From positions 100,936,001 to 101,000,000 of the forward strand of contig JAGIQG010000009.1 in the NCBI GenBank assembly GCA_024679065.1: DNA of 64,000 bases, written 5' to 3'. The notes under the pieces are model-generated. The model searched no databases and was not told where the DNA came from. It saw nothing but the letters and a program-made list of their open reading frames with translations. Source of the DNA: Sphyrna mokarran (Eukaryota). The position numbers were made by a program, and so were the translations under genes. This document shows, piece by piece, positions 1 through 13,914 of the stretch. The first letter of the stretch is position 1; each line of letters begins with the position of its first letter.

Positions 1-165
1 GGAGCTGCGTGCCGATCAGGGCAGCAACAGCTATTTCTCCTGTGTCTACATTGCAAGGGGTTCAAAATAATATTCCCTTAGTGAATGATTACTTAAATTG
101 CTTGCATCTGCTTCATCACTCATGGCAAAGATGTGCATTCAACACACACAATCTGGAAATTTTAC

Positions 166-192
166 CTTTATCCTTTCTTCGTAACCGTTCCT
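166..192 (-). CDS. 27-nt micro-exon (class B) of the coiled-coil micro-exon gene, (E)ERLRRKDK
   Basis: Minus strand ttttctcttattttcgcag|AGGAACGGTTACGAAGAAAGGATAAAG|gtaaaa; phase 1-1, open; closely similar to the exon at 22886-22912. Confidence 0.85.
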
Positions 193-925
193 CTGCGAAA
201 ATAAGAGAAAAACACGACATTGGTTCCTTCTCATCATAAAATCTAAGTACTCAGATTAATCTATTTCCAATATAACCATATTAGCGTGACAATAAACAAA
301 GCGAATATCTTTGTAAGTTCTGGAGAGTGACGTTACAATTCCTGTAATTTTTATGTGCACTGAAGTATGTAGGCTAAATAAATAGCAGTAAGCAATACAT
401 TTTATTAAACAACTAACTTAGCAGCATTGACCTAAGCTGGGTAATAAAAAATGTTATGCATAATTTAATCGTCTATTCTAAGCCATTCAGAAGTGATTCA
501 TTTTGGATAGTTTAGGCTATTAGTTTCCTAAATAAATCATTTCTATTTAATGTTGGTTTGAATTCATTTGTTACGATTTTAAAAATAACATATATATGTC
601 TGAGTTCCTGTAAATCGTTCACTTGAAATTCGTTATTTTTAAGTTAATTTAACTGCTCATTCATCACGAAACATACGTTTCGAACAAGAATCCTGCACAA
701 TATTGATCGGATCGTACAGGTGGAAGATTGAATTTGATCAGTTACCAGTTCAATACCACGAACTGATTGCTCGTGACTGTTATACTTTAAAATAAGTATC
801 CAGTTGATTGGCCGATGTAGAATGTTATCCCACACTTTAACAAAATTTAATGGAAAGTATTTACAGTATTACCCTGTTGTTACAAACAGTTACTTTTAGT
901 TGGTTGCGGATTTACGCAACGAAAA

Positions 926-1870
926 TAAAGAACAAAGAACAAAACAGCACGGAAAACAGGCCCTTTGGCCCAACGAGCCCGCGCGGCCACCCCGATGTCC
1001 CCACCTCTACCCGTGATCCCAGTCTATGTTTATTGATGTATGGATTAAAAACCAAATTTGAGACAATTTAGGGAGAATTTGTTTTGCCAATTAGCCTAAG
1101 AGCACATCTTTGGGATTTGGGAGGAAACCGGAGCACCCGGAGAAAACCCACGCAAGCACTGGCAGAATACGCAAACTCCCACAGACACAGGCCCAAATCC
1201 ATGTATCTGCACAGCACAACGATAGTCACTGAGCTGTCGTGTTGCCCATCAAATGGTCCAGGTCAAGCGTACATTAACGACGTGAAGCACTAGGCTACTC
1301 TCGAAAAAAGAAATCCAAGAGCAGCCCTCTCACGACCCATCGCGTGTATTCGCCTTGTTAGACAACAAGGTGGACCAAAGCACCTGTAGGATAAAAACGA
1401 GTGCATCAATATCATCATCTATTTACACACTTCCCAGGGACTCCCAAGGCTCATGATCCCTATTTTAAATCAGTTTCCTAAACCCCTCCATTCCCATTCT
1501 GTTCATGTGCCCATCTAGGTATTTCTTAAATAACTCCAGAGTGTCTGCCTCTACCACTTTATTTGCCAGCGCATTCCATACACCCACCACCCTCCGTGTG
1601 AAAAACTCGCTCTAGCATCCAACTTATACCTTACCCCCCTCAACCTAAGCCGTGACCCCTCGTGGTATTCGAGTCCATCCTAGCAAAAAGGTTAACCCTG
1701 TTTACTCTGTCTATACCCCTCATAATCGTGTACACCTGTATTAGATCTCCTCTAAGTCTACGTCTATCTAAGGAAAACAACCACAATTTGCCTAATCTCT
1801 CCCCGTAACTCAGACCTTCCACACCAGGAGGCATCCTGGTAAACCTCCTCTGCACTCTCTCCAGAGTCTC
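926..1870 (-). mobile_element. 5'-truncated CR1 LINE with a long 3' UTR ending in an HE1/V-SINE-derived segment (chimera copy 1)
   Basis: ORF 1640..1900 reads LERVQRRFTRMPPG..LSYGERLGKLWLFSLDRRRLRGDLIQVYTIMRG (CR1 ORF2 C-terminus); V-domain core ctccgggtgctccggtttcctccca on the minus strand; (TTCTTTG)n-type tail near 930-945. Confidence 0.85.
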
Positions 1871-2409
1871 CAACGAGAATATTCTGTAAACTGCATTCAT
1901 TAACTTTCTGAGGGATGCATGTCAATAATTGTGAAATTACCTATTGTGACGTACATTCGTCTTGCATTCAAACTCAGATCAACCTCTGTGTTTAATAGCC
2001 CCACAAATACAATACAACCGCTTCTCCCTCTCTCTCTTTCTCTTTCTCAAAGTAAGACATAACAAATTGTAACGAAATAATTAAAGCAGCGATGTGGGGC
2101 TAGGTGATGTGTTATAACTGCTTGTTGTAGGAGCTCGTGGGCTCGATTATTGTTGCTGGAAACCTCATCTGTAGCTTGTTGCCTGAGGATTCTGGCTTAG
2201 TTTTGGTGAACTGTCGTCTGAACTTCAAACAATGCAACACGTCCGGAGATTTACCTGGATGTGTTGATTCCAGAGGCAATCAAAAACCCAAAGAACAATT
2301 ACATCAAGTTCATCAGTGGACAGGAATGGAATTATGTTGCTGCGAGCAAAGGAGCTTGAGGATCCCAGGATGTTTTGCTGAAAGAGCCTTGTGCTGTCCA
2401 AACAGATTT

Positions 2410-3440
2410 TAGGTAATTGTTTCTTAAGCGGTTGAGGGCCGGGTCTCCATGGAGAATGAACAATCTAACCAACATAAGGTTGCTTTGGGAGCCATTCAAT
2501 GGATAGGATAAGGATGGGGCATGGGGAGCATAATGTAGATACAATTGGAGACTGTGTATTCAGGAGAATACCCACTGTTCTTTGTAGTAATGGTCGTGGA
2601 GCCCAGAAACTTCTGCTGCATACGTGTGCTCTGGTTCAGGACATTCCATCGGCACTGCAAAGGAAGTTGCAGCGTGAAAGGAAAGATTCAGTAGTCATAA
2701 GCCAGGTGCGTATTAACAACAGAGGTAGAAAAAAAAAGTAATAGTCTTTTTTTGCTGCGGGAGTATGAGCAACTAAGAACGAAAAAAAAACAAAATAAAA
2801 GAGGTCCTTATCTCTGGATTACTATTTCAAGCAAAAACGAATTGTCACATGATCTAGGAGATCATAGACATAAATGCGTGGCTCAAGTATCGATGCAAGA
2901 GAAGTGGGTTCAAATTCATGGGACGTTGGCACCAGTACTGAGGGACGAGTGAGATGCTTCGATGTGACGTGCTCCACTTGAGTCATGCTGGATCAGAGCG
3001 CTGGTGAAATGCGTAACTACGGTTGTATATAGGGCTTGAAACTAAATATTGGATGGGAAAGGGGCTGCAACTGCTTTCGAATTTTTGAAGAAAGATATAT
3101 TAAAAGAGTGAGATCCCAGCGAAGATTATTAAAGTCCGCATCAGACATAATAGATCAGCGTGTTTGGATAGAGTTACGAATCTAACTTCAGGCAAAGCAG
3201 ACACGAAGGCGACTAAGAAAAGAGGGATTGTCAATGCGGCACTGAGGGTGTTGCATTTGAGTCGCACAGTATACAAAATAAGGCATATGAATTGTAGCAT
3301 AGATTCAAATTGGCCGTAATGTCGTTATGGGCCTCACAGTGAGGTAGTGATAAGCGGTCAGCGCTGGGAGCTAAATTTCCTAGTTTACACGTACTATCAA
3401 AATGTTAGGATGGTGCGCACAAGGGCAGGGTTGCTTTGTT
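2410..3440 (+). mobile_element. Degenerate CR1 LINE: ORF1 esterase domain and start of the ORF2 endonuclease
   Basis: ORF 2499..2741 (TIGDCVFRRIPTVLCS...ALVQDI...VRINNRGR) and the following LREYEQL resemble CR1 ORF1 (IGDSIVR...PGARVQD...HVGTNDIG); 3240-3440 resembles the APE endonuclease N-terminus, with frameshifts. Confidence 0.7.
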
Positions 3441-3449
3441 TATGAAATG

Positions 3450-3595
3450 GAGACACGAGAACCTGAGGACACGGCCTCAAAGTGAAAGGAAAACCATTTT
3501 TTGAACAGAGATGAAAAGGGTCTCCTTAGCATTTAATCTATGGAATTTATTGCCACAGAAAAAAAAAGTAGAAGCCAAGACATTGAATACATTGG
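3450..3595 (+). mobile_element. CR1 ORF2 3'-end fragment
   Basis: gaggacacggcctcaaagtgaaagga...gagatgaaaagg...aatctatggaatttattgccacagaa (TRGH.LK / NLWN.LP motifs). Confidence 0.65.
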
Positions 3596-4112
3596 TGTCC
3601 AGAAGTCTTCTCTCTCTCCCTGTCTCTCCCTCTGTACCTATATATCATCTTTCTTTTTTCAGCTTTTCTCTCCTATATAGTTGTTGTACAGTTATTAGGC
3701 CGTCTACTTCTAGACAACCATTGTATGCAAGTGTCAACATTTATTTTAGGTGAAGGTGAGAGCGTCAGAGCGTCTGATAATATAAAGTCGATACTCAATT
3801 AATATTCTATACGCGAGTAAAATAATTGGGATAGAGAATCTTTGCGACGTGATCACTGCTGCAATTAATGTGTGCAGTGCACATTTATTATTTAGCGACC
3901 ACATCGTGAAAATTTCTGCAAAAATCTGTCTTTACATAATCTATCACCCCTTTAAAATCGTTTTCGTTTTTCCCAATATGTTGTCTATCTAATTAAAATA
4001 TGGGTGGAACAAAAGGCTCTATCAAATTTACTTGGTGTAAAAATGCCTTAATATGTTCATCCAGTAATTTACACACGAACAACTTAATGCTTCAAGATTA
4101 TTTTCTTCTTAC

Positions 4113-4148
4113 CAGCATCCAGTTTGAAAGCTTCTATTTTGGCTATTT
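4113..4148 (-). CDS. 36-nt micro-exon (class A), (E)IAKIEAFKLDA
   Basis: ttcctttatgttaattcag|AAATAGCCAAAATAGAAGCTTTCAAACTGGATGCTG|gtaaga; phase 1-1; paralogous to EMEQLEAIRRDV. Confidence 0.85.
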
Positions 4149-5914
4149 CTGAATTAACATAAAGGAAGAAGCATAGCAAATTCATCAACCGTTATTGTTT
4201 TTATTTCTGCAGTGTAATTAATTTGCAGTCCGTGCAGAACAATGTATAGGCTATCTTTCATATTTAACCAAAAGATATTCTAATTTAATGAAACCTTAAT
4301 ACGAATTGACACAGCATACTCCCCAGGGACCTTAATTAAACGTTATCTTCAGCCAATCAAATATTCTTCACAAATTATTTTCCGTTACTTTACAGCCTGT
4401 GGCGGAGAGGATCCAGATCCTCGATGTTCCTAAATATATGCGTGTTTGACCACTGATAATTCGGCAGCAAAATGCATACCTGCAACTGACGATTTGCTGT
4501 ATTAGTTTTTTTTTTCTGTCAATCAATGCCATTTTCTTCATTGCATAGAAAGTCCATGAAGCAGCTTATGCCAATTGAAGCTTCAGATGAATGCAGCATT
4601 CCTGTTGGCATTTACACTCTTTTTATTTTTCAATGTCCGGTCACTGTGTTCAGTATTAGAAAACAACAATATGTTTCTGATAATATTTCCGTTAAATCTG
4701 CATTCTCCATTTCATTCCACTCGTTTCTGATGTGTTGGAATGAGTTGGGAATGCTCCGTTTCTTTGCAGGTTTTGGGGCAATGTTCAAAAATCTGTTGAT
4801 CAATATTTTGTTGATATAAATATATAGAAACACCATCTCTTGTAATTCCATCTTTTCACCTCTCCGCCATTTTAGACCAAATTTAAATTGTTTTAAATTT
4901 TCAAATGCTTTCCCTGTGCATTTCCAAATGCCCTCTACTCTCTCCTCTTTTTTTAAGGAAATGTTTTGTTTTCGATTTTATAAAATATTTTTCGAAAATA
5001 TGTATATAATATATAAAAACTTAATTTTCAAATACTTCATCTGTACCGTAGGTAGACCCTGTTATTTTCTTCGAAGTAGCTGCAATGATTTCATACTGAA
5101 GCATGAACATTGTTTCATCACTTCGAAATAAATGCAGCCTATCGTCATATATCAATTATGTTTTAGTCAGATCTGTTGTTAGGAGTTCAATATTTTCATC
5201 CAAGTTTCGAAATTTTGGGCAATGGTTTACTCGTCTTACGTATGGACGTCGAACAACTTAAATGCAACTTAATAAGGAAAATGTGAGGACATTTGCTGAA
5301 TTTAATCTATTCAGTTTTATGTCTGCTCCATGAGTAGGCATCGCTAATATTTTTCTACGGAACAAACCCTTGTTCTTGTGTTGCAAGACAGCAACCAGCA
5401 GACATCGGCATATATTATTTGCAAGTGGGAGTAAATTGGACCTCCGTAATTTAAACCTTCACTATAGCAAATACACACGAACTTATCTTTGCAGTACTGC
5501 AAATGTCCAAGCGTGCAATGACACAATAGCTCTTACAGGCAAATATTGTGTTAAAGGTTGCATGTTCCGAACATGTCTGTATAAGATCCCATGTTAATGA
5601 AAATTGATTGCAATCGACAAATAATTCTTCCAAAAAGAAAGAACTCGGCAGCTGTTCTCAAATCTCTTTCGTTTTTCCCCCTCCATTATGTATTACAACA
5701 ATTCACTTGAGATTAGTGATAGCTCTATAAAAAATCAGTTGATACAGATATTTAATAAATTGGGGCTTCTTATTCGTTTTAAAACAAAAACACTTTCTCA
5801 ACCTGCCTTGCGAAAATGAAGATTCACCTCACAGGCACTAAAGTCTCTGAGAAATATTTCTCCAATAAAAAAATAAAACCTCCACAACAACAGACCGCCA
5901 AATCTATTCCATTA

Positions 5915-6180
5915 AGATGAAGAGTAGGCAATGGGAACACAGCACCGGGAACTTTCCTTACATGCCATGATGGTTCGGGAAGATAGTGCCTGTTCTTCTC
6001 TATCGCTGAATTAAAATGCTGGATCTCAATCCCTCACAGCACTGTTTGTGTGCACCTGCACCACATGCACTGCAAAGGTTTCAAACTACCATTCACCACC
6101 GGAATATCCAGATCAAGTGTCATAGGCAGCAAATGCTGATCTTGTTAGTAAGTAAAATCCACATTCTGGCAATGAATGTG
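5915..6180 (+). mobile_element. Degenerate 3' end of a CR1/L2-group LINE
   Basis: atgggaacacagcacc...aaaatgctggatctcaatccctcacagcactg...cacctgcaccacatgcactgca...aatgaat; a related sequence lies in reverse orientation at about 51460-52050. Confidence 0.55.
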
Positions 6181-8581
6181 GAAAAGACATTCCTGATTTC
6201 GAGGCTTTTCGCTTTTATTAAACGTTGTACTCTTCGCAGAGGATGCTATTTCTAACTTATACTGATTCTCTGTCACGGTATTAAGACGTGCTCTTCCATT
6301 GTTTGCTCCATTATTTTTTTCCACTAAAAATGCGTATGAATTCCTCTGCCCGGTTTTAATTATTGCCATTCCTCCCACGTATTTTAACTGTTGTTACTCA
6401 GTAGTAATCCAGGTCCACGTAAATTAAGGCAATCAATTTATCTTAGTGAATTCCTCTCTTGATAACATCGAAAAACATAATTCGCCAAGATAATAGTTAT
6501 TTCTTCCGAAAACGACCTTGGGAAACTCAGGCATGCTCGAGTTTTATATTAATATGACGCTCGATTTCATATGTTCGTGTTTCGCTTTTCTTCTAATAGC
6601 TCATCATTCAGCGCTGCGTTCGTGGAAATTTCGTTGCGTGAACGGCTCGGAATGGACAAAATGTAACCCTTCGCTATCATGAACGCGAAGCAACTAACTG
6701 ATTTTTTTAAAGATTAACACGAACATTATGACGTTACGCTCATCAATTAGAGTTACTCCACAGAATACGCTGACCAGAAACACAAATCGCAGGCAAACCC
6801 CTCCCTAAAAATCTAAAAATGATAAACGTAAGGAGACCTTCAAACGTTCACCTCGCACATCGTTCGTTCAAAGCACAGTGAACATTGCAGCACGTTGCGT
6901 CAACTATTATGTCATAATTAAAACCGAGGTGGTCACTTCAATTAATAAACTGAAAAACTACGCTTAAAAAAATCAAATAGTTACTCGAAGCCTTGGCAAA
7001 TTGTGAATTCAAGATTTTAAGATAAGGTTTAACATTCCATAACATTTTCGCTTTCAGCAAACTCCATGCCCTCTGTGTCAGCTTAGGCAACGACACATTC
7101 CTATTTCGAACGTATTCTCTTAACAAATGTTTTAAATTATATTCGCCCGTTAGATTTCATTTGAATTTCGTAAATCTATGACAGTCGTTTGCATAGCTGT
7201 TTATTATTATTTACAGCTTGTACAGCCTAACAAAACTGATGCAACTACGAGCTCTGATGGTTTCGTCATATATTGGAGTTGGAATGTCCCTCAGCCGTAA
7301 GATACATCTATCAGCAACACCGCTCTCTGGTCAACAGAGAAAGGTTTCAGCTCGCCATTGAGTGCATGACCAATCCACTCCAATAAATAATAAGTACCGC
7401 ATTTGCTGCACAATTGTCCTCCTAAATAGCATTCATCTTGTGAATTGCCGGCACGATAACATCACGCTTCGTCGAAGCATGAACGGATTCAGCGTCGCAC
7501 CTTTAAAAAAAATGTGAGACAGGACATAGGGAGAGGTATTAACTAAGATTATCGCCAATTTGGTCGATGACTGAGCTTCCGGAATGTATTAAAGAAAGGC
7601 CAAAAGTGGAGGCATAATTATGAAGAATACTCAACTGGGTGCATGCCCAAGATTACTCGAGAAATTATAATTAGGCACACTCAAGACCTCGGTCAGTACA
7701 CATAGCTCTATAGGTTTTGAAGGGCGACAAGATCAAATGGATAAAATGTTGCCATGACATGGAATGGATTTGTATGCAAAGCGCAATTTCATTACGTTGT
7801 TTCTACGGTAGCGAATGCATTCAGTAAGCATGGGGTAATGACCGAATTGACGTCAACATAATGTTTCGACAACTCCAGTTCATTTCAGGCATTAAATAAT
7901 TTGATTTGCATGATTAATTGCCACAACCAAATGGTACAAGTCTTAATTTCATTACGAGATCGTTGGATGTCCCACTGTTTGTTATTAACCTAGTGACAAT
8001 GTGGTATAGTGCTTTACGAGGGTAAGACATACTAACTGATACCTACGAGTTCAAATGATTTACATGATGCAGAACGGATCGAATAAACAGACTACACGAT
8101 TCTAATACTAAGTGCTCAGTAATGAATGATAGATGCAGAAAAAAACGCATTTTTTATTGTTTAGTGATTACATTATCAGGATGTGGCCGAGCAATATGCA
8201 TTGCTCTTCTATGTCCAAGAATCAAGATATCCATTATATAGTGGTGTGGATCGGAACTGGAAAGTATCTAAAATGAGAACGTTTGGTGCTTTCCCTGATC
8301 TTGAAGAATGAGCTGTACTCCGAAGGAACTGGATTTATAACATTCTATGGGGTTCATGATTTTTCCCAAGCAGGTAATATATACGATGTTGAAACCCCAG
8401 TTAATAGACCTGATTTTCAGCACTAAGTAATATTCCAATGTTTTTGTTTCGTCTAAACATCAAATATTATGATATTATGAACGAAATACCACGAATAATG
8501 TCTGGACATTTGACTCTATTACAATATTTCACAACAACACAAAATTTCAATTCAAGTTTTGATTTGTAAACGTTTGTGGAC

Positions 8582-8617
8582 CTGCATCAGTCAGACGCTC
8601 TTTCAAAGATCTAATTT
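8582..8617 (-). CDS. 36-nt micro-exon (class A), (E)IRSLKERLTDA
   Basis: cg(t)10gcag|AAATTAGATCTTTGAAAGAGCGTCTGACTGATGCAG|gtccac; strong acceptor, weak donor; paralogous to EIDRLKESLKNA. Confidence 0.78.
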
Positions 8618-9777
8618 CTGCAAAAAAAAAACGAATCAAGCAAATGTTGCGAACAGTGAATTGGCTAATGAATGCTACAATTCATAATCATCAGTTGAAC
8701 CATTATGCTATTTGAGTTCCTTGCACTCGTAGGAGGACAAAATTTAAGGCAGATCAGTGGAATACAAAAAAAAAATGCATTCGAAACTTATTGGATATGT
8801 CTTGTGCGTTGGAGAGGATCGTGATGACAGAACCATTAACAGTGCGTCATATTTTGAGAAATATTATATTTTTATTTTGGTTCTGCTAAAAATGTATGAA
8901 TTCAACCCATTATTAATACCATCATTTTAGAGTATTTCCAACTCTAACACGCATCCCACACCATTTACCGAAGAAATAAATACAAAGTGATGGCATTTTG
9001 TTAGATTAATTTTAAATTATGATTTGTCTTAATGATATGAGACTCGTTGGGTAATGTTGCCCTCCATTTGCAGCAAACTGTCGCTTAGCTTTTCAGAGCG
9101 CCTCTGTAAATGAACGTCTGATCGATTGGCCGTCAACAACATTTATGCACAGTTGAATCGTATGCAAGAGCCAGGTGGATCTATGCAGTTCCAAGAGAAT
9201 GTACTTAACGGCTGTTTTGAAGATATCCGAAGATGCACTCAGTTACACGAATCATGGGTAATTGTCAAAGAAAATGATACAAGGAAGCCACTAATGTGAA
9301 ATTAAACAACGACTCTGGTAACAGGGAGATATCCAAGGATTGCGTGGCTTTTGTTTTATTATACAAACGACACTCAGCTTGATGCATTACGGACATCTCT
9401 ATAACTGTGAACTATATGCACCTTATAACCTTAATTAGCACAACACATTTCAGAAACGGAATTTCCATAAATGCTACATGCAATATCGTGCACCTTGTAA
9501 AGACAAATCACATTTCCTCAAAGAAAATACTTTTATATTCGCACAAATGCTAATGGTAAATGAAAAAAAAAATAGATGAAGGGGAAGGAACGTATCTTGT
9601 AAAATCTCACTGTCCTGGCTCATTTAGACCACGTTTAGACCTCGTTAACTTGTGCTTAAACCTCTCTCCACTCACATTGTCTGTATTTTTGAAACTTAAT
9701 TACCCGTCAAGACCTGCATTTCAACCATTACCTTATAAATTGAGTTTGTATATATGCCCTGTTTGTGAGCACTATTC

Positions 9778-9998
9778 TTCACTCACTTGATGAAATAGCA
9801 GCATTCCGAAAGCTTGCACTACCAAATAAACCCGTTGGACTTTGACCTGGTGTTATGAGACTTCTTAGTGTCAGGGTACTATCAGTGTAAATACATGAGG
9901 CTACGAAAGGGGTTCTCTGAAGGATTGCTGTCTGTTGACTTGACTTGATGGGCTGAGTAGTTTCCTTCTGCACTGTAGAAATTAAACGATTCCATGAT
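9778..9998 (+). mobile_element. Short retroposon debris: Penelope-type terminal segment plus CR1/HE1-type tail
   Basis: actcacttgatgaaatagcagcattccgaaagct...aaataaacccgttggactttgacctggtgtt followed by gacttgatgggctgagtag...ctgcactgtag. Confidence 0.5.
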
Positions 9999-10011
9999 TC
10001 TGTGAACTGAC

Positions 10012-10038
10012 CTGCATCCTTTTCGCTGATTTCTTTTT
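10012..10038 (-). CDS. 27-nt micro-exon (class B), (E)KEISEKDA
   Basis: gtgtttttgtttacag|AAAAAGAAATCAGCGAAAAGGATGCAG|gtcagt; phase 1-1; carries the AAG-GAT (KD) motif of class B. Confidence 0.85.
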
Positions 10039-10774
10039 CTGTAAACAAAAACACGGATCTAAACATGTTTTCTGCACACATTTTTTCTGAAGAGCAATTG
10101 ACATTCTTCACAAATATACAGGGGGAGCATTGAGAGCATTGAGCATTGTATATATCAATAGAAAAAAAAAGGGAAATGCATTGATGTAGTTCATTGAAAA
10201 AAAAAGAAACACACCTTTATGTCGCATTCTCCCTGATCGACATGTTCAGATGAAAAGTAAAATAAAAAGTAGAAACTTTTCTCTCTCTCTCTGAATGATG
10301 TTTTCCGTTACGAAACGAAGACAATGCGAGTATACTTGTTTTGATTCCAGAGAAAATGAATTGGCTTAGGATGTGTAATGTCTATTACTGTATAAGATGA
10401 AGAATACAAATAAAATTACAAAGTTCCATCACGAATTTATAAACACCATATAACGGAGGTGATGTATCAAGGATTATTGAATTCGGGGGTTCACAAGCAG
10501 TTTCCTGCATGGCAGAAAAACAAGCCAGAGAAATCAATGTGTCATTAATCTGTCCAATAGTGAAAACTATGACTAATGCAGGAGGGTGTATGTTTTTCAT
10601 GAAAAAGAAGCTAAAATAATAAAAGGAAACAACTTTACGAAGAAAGTAGAATCTCCGTAGAAAATTATCGAAACAATTAAGGAATTATAGCTGCAAAAAA
10701 AATGAAGCAAGCAAGCTGAACTGAAAGGAAGTAATTTAGTCCTTTATAATCATTTCGGGTAGCCGTTTCGATGT

Positions 10775-11161
10775 TTTATTCATTCATGAGGTATGAGGTC
10801 GCTGGCTGGCCAGCAGTTATTACCCACCGCTAACTGCCGTTTTACTGAATAACTTGCTAATTCATTTCAGATGGAAGTCGAGAGTCAATCCCATTGTTTT
10901 GATTCTGGACTCGCATTTAGACCAGACGAGGTAAGGGCGCAGATTTCCTTCCCTAATGGATATTAGAGAACCAGTTGTGTTTTTTTTTGACAATCGACAA
11001 TGGCTTCATAGTCATCAGTAGATACTTAGTTACAAATGTATACACTCTACTTTCGAGTTACATCAGCTGCCGTAGTGGGATTCGATCTGGTGTTGCCGGA
11101 TCATTAGTTGAGTTTTGGGATTAATAGGCAAACAATAATGCCAGTAAGCCACCTCCTTCCC
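10775..11161 (-). mobile_element. tRNA-derived Deu-domain SINE (SacSINE1-like)
   Basis: Reverse complement contains the Deu-like core ctggttctctaatatccattagggaaggaaatctgcgcccttacctcgtctggtc, a B-box-like gatcgaatccc in the head and a (tgaa)n-type tail. Confidence 0.7.
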
Positions 11162-13914
11162 TTCTTGAACGTATGTGTGAACGCAAATTCCTATCTGTCC
11201 TAAATCACAATCGCCTTCGTATTCAAAGCGCCTCGTTGAAAATAATTCCAAATTTCTGACTGTTTTCTTTATGAAATTAAGTTAGTTTAATTAATTTATT
11301 GACGGCTCAGTTTTCATTTTCTAATTACTCTTATCTTGTAATCTAATACTACAGAAAAGTACTTCTTTGGCACTTGTTCTGGAAGAAATCAGGTAGTGAT
11401 TTAGATGAAAGTGCAATCAGGATGTTGAATTTGACCACCGTCAGCCATGATCATACTGAATGCCAGTACAGTCTCGAAGTTCTCTTTGTGTTTCTATGTT
11501 TCTACGTTTGTCACATTTCAACACTGCAATCAGAACACATCTCCCTCTTTTTTTAACGAATGTTCTTGGCGCCAACAGTACGTGAATTGTTCTCATAATT
11601 TCAGAATGCATACGTTCTAACGTTTGCGGGGAATGGAATTCATGCTCTTTCGTATTCAATTCAATATATCCTTACTAAAAATGGGTTACAAACAAGTAAA
11701 TATAACAGATTGTCTGTGAAAATGATCCATCCGACGGATTTTTTCTCTTTGTATGCCACTCTACGTATGTTACAAAATTACATTTTCTACGTTTCTCTTG
11801 ATATTTATCGTGATAAGTTGGATTGTATGATAGTTATTGTCAAGCAGGGCATATTTTTGAAAGAAAGCGAAATCACATTTGGAAAGAAAAAATATTCCTT
11901 CAGAGGATTACGCTTTCACACTAAGTTTAAAAAAGAATCTCTGCAGAAAATCGGAGAGCTAATTGACCTATTCGATGCTTATTTGAGACCAAACATGTAA
12001 CATCGTATCACGGTGTGATGACCAGGTCTCAGAAAGTATATTAGGGATATTAAGCAAATCGGTTAAGAATAGCAAATCAACCAAGGTGGTGGAGGGAATG
12101 ACATATCCAAATTCAATCAAAAAAATACAATTAGTTAAGAAAACAACACTTTCAAATCATATAAGTTATTGAAAGATGCAGAGCAGCTCCGTTAAAAAAA
12201 AAGTGTAGCAGTATAGAATAGTTTTGAAATAATAATGCAAAACAAGATTTCGGAGTAATTAACCAAGTAACTTGAAGGAAAATTGCAGCACGACTGTATG
12301 GACATATCTAAAGAACCGAAAGGGGGTTGGATTTGAGCCCAGGATGGCGGATGAAGAAATAAAAGGCTCAGAAATGACTGGCAATTATACATGAATTCTA
12401 CCACGTTCGAGAAATAAGAGCCAGGATCAGAACTAACATTTAACTGAGATAGCAACTGCACTCGGTGAAATTCCAAAATTTGGAAGTGTGATAAAAAAAA
12501 TGGAGAAAAAATAAACAGACAAATGATATCACCGATAAACTCTGAGGTTATTGGTTGCTGAGTGCTGCTGTCATATTCCTTCCCCCAAACGGATTAGGTT
12601 TAAACCAATACATGGTGAGATTATTAGCGGTAGAATCTCACAAATATTCACGATTTACATTAAGATATGTTACTTTGGTTTTGTAAGCATGAATATTGAG
12701 ACGAATTTTCAGTGCAAATCTCTAATAGTTCTTCCTAAATATTATAAGTTTTGGATTCGTTTAATAATATTCAGAAGCCATGGGAAAGATTATCGAAAAG
12801 TTGCTTCCCCCTGAAAACGTTTACACAGTAAACATATTCCGTTTCAACAGTTACAACTCCAGGTTTTGGAGCTTGAACAGCATCTGCTTTCAGGGCGCGG
12901 CATTCAAGAGATATAAAACTCTGTTGTCAGCACACTTATAGATTTAGCCGCAAAACAGCACAATAATGTCACGAGCGAGAGTTACTGCGTGGACAATACA
13001 AACCAAAAATAAAACAGCATTCCTTGAGTCATCCCACTCAAAAGATCATGTTCAAAAGATGTTTCGCATACATGGGACCTGTACAAATCGGATGGCTCAT
13101 ACACATGATGAGACACGACTGAGTGTTTTCCTGTATTCGCTCTTAGGGAGAATGGAACCTAAGTAGCTCGGGTTATGAAAATTATTAGTAACTGCATAGG
13201 GTAATTTGAAAAGAGCATTGGAGGAAATATATGGAACAACGATTTGAAATTGGATATCATTATGTTTGAGTAAAATGAAAGTGCAAGTCATAAAGTGAAA
13301 ATCAGGAATATTGTACATACATTAATAGCTAGAGTATGCTTTTTTTTTGTTAACGAATTAGAACACATTCTCTTGGTGTTAGTTCGTGGAAGTGGTTACA
13401 ACAGAGGTACAGTAAAGCGGCAGTTCTAGTGTCAATATTAACTAAACAATTGTTCCTGAATGAAACAGCGTAAACAACATTCGCTGCCGCTATTGACCAA
13501 AAGGAAATCGGATGTTCCACCTGTTCAAGAACAGAATGGGATTTGGGATTTGACCGTCGAATGGAATGGCCAGGAGTGAGCTGGGGATGTTTGTTTTTTT
13601 TTGAGAGGTGAGTGGGGGACCGATATTGCTCTTGCTACATGTTACAAACTGATGACCAAATCTCTCAAGATAAATGCAGAGAATTTTGTTTTTTTTTTAC
13701 TATCTAAAAATAGATAGAAACTTAAAAATATGGATATCAGTAACCGAAAGCAGGATATGTAAAATAACATTTTAATGGATAACTGTATAACTGTTCCAAC
13801 ACGCACAGACATTAAATGTTCAAAATTGAGCTATGCTACTTGTTAAGATAGAATAGGCGTACCGGTAGACCATGTTCTTCGCATTAAATTGAGACAAGTG
13901 TCTCAAATTATAGA

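Noticed and set aside
5400-5450. Ig/TCR J-segment-like FASGSKLDL followed by c|gtaat on the + strand
   Set aside because: The motif is FASG rather than FGxG, no heptamer/nonamer RSS is visible upstream, and I saw no other V, D, J or C segments
9732-9758. 27-nt AG..GT segment with a gtaatg donor
   Set aside because: In-frame TAA in phase 1 and a poor pyrimidine tract
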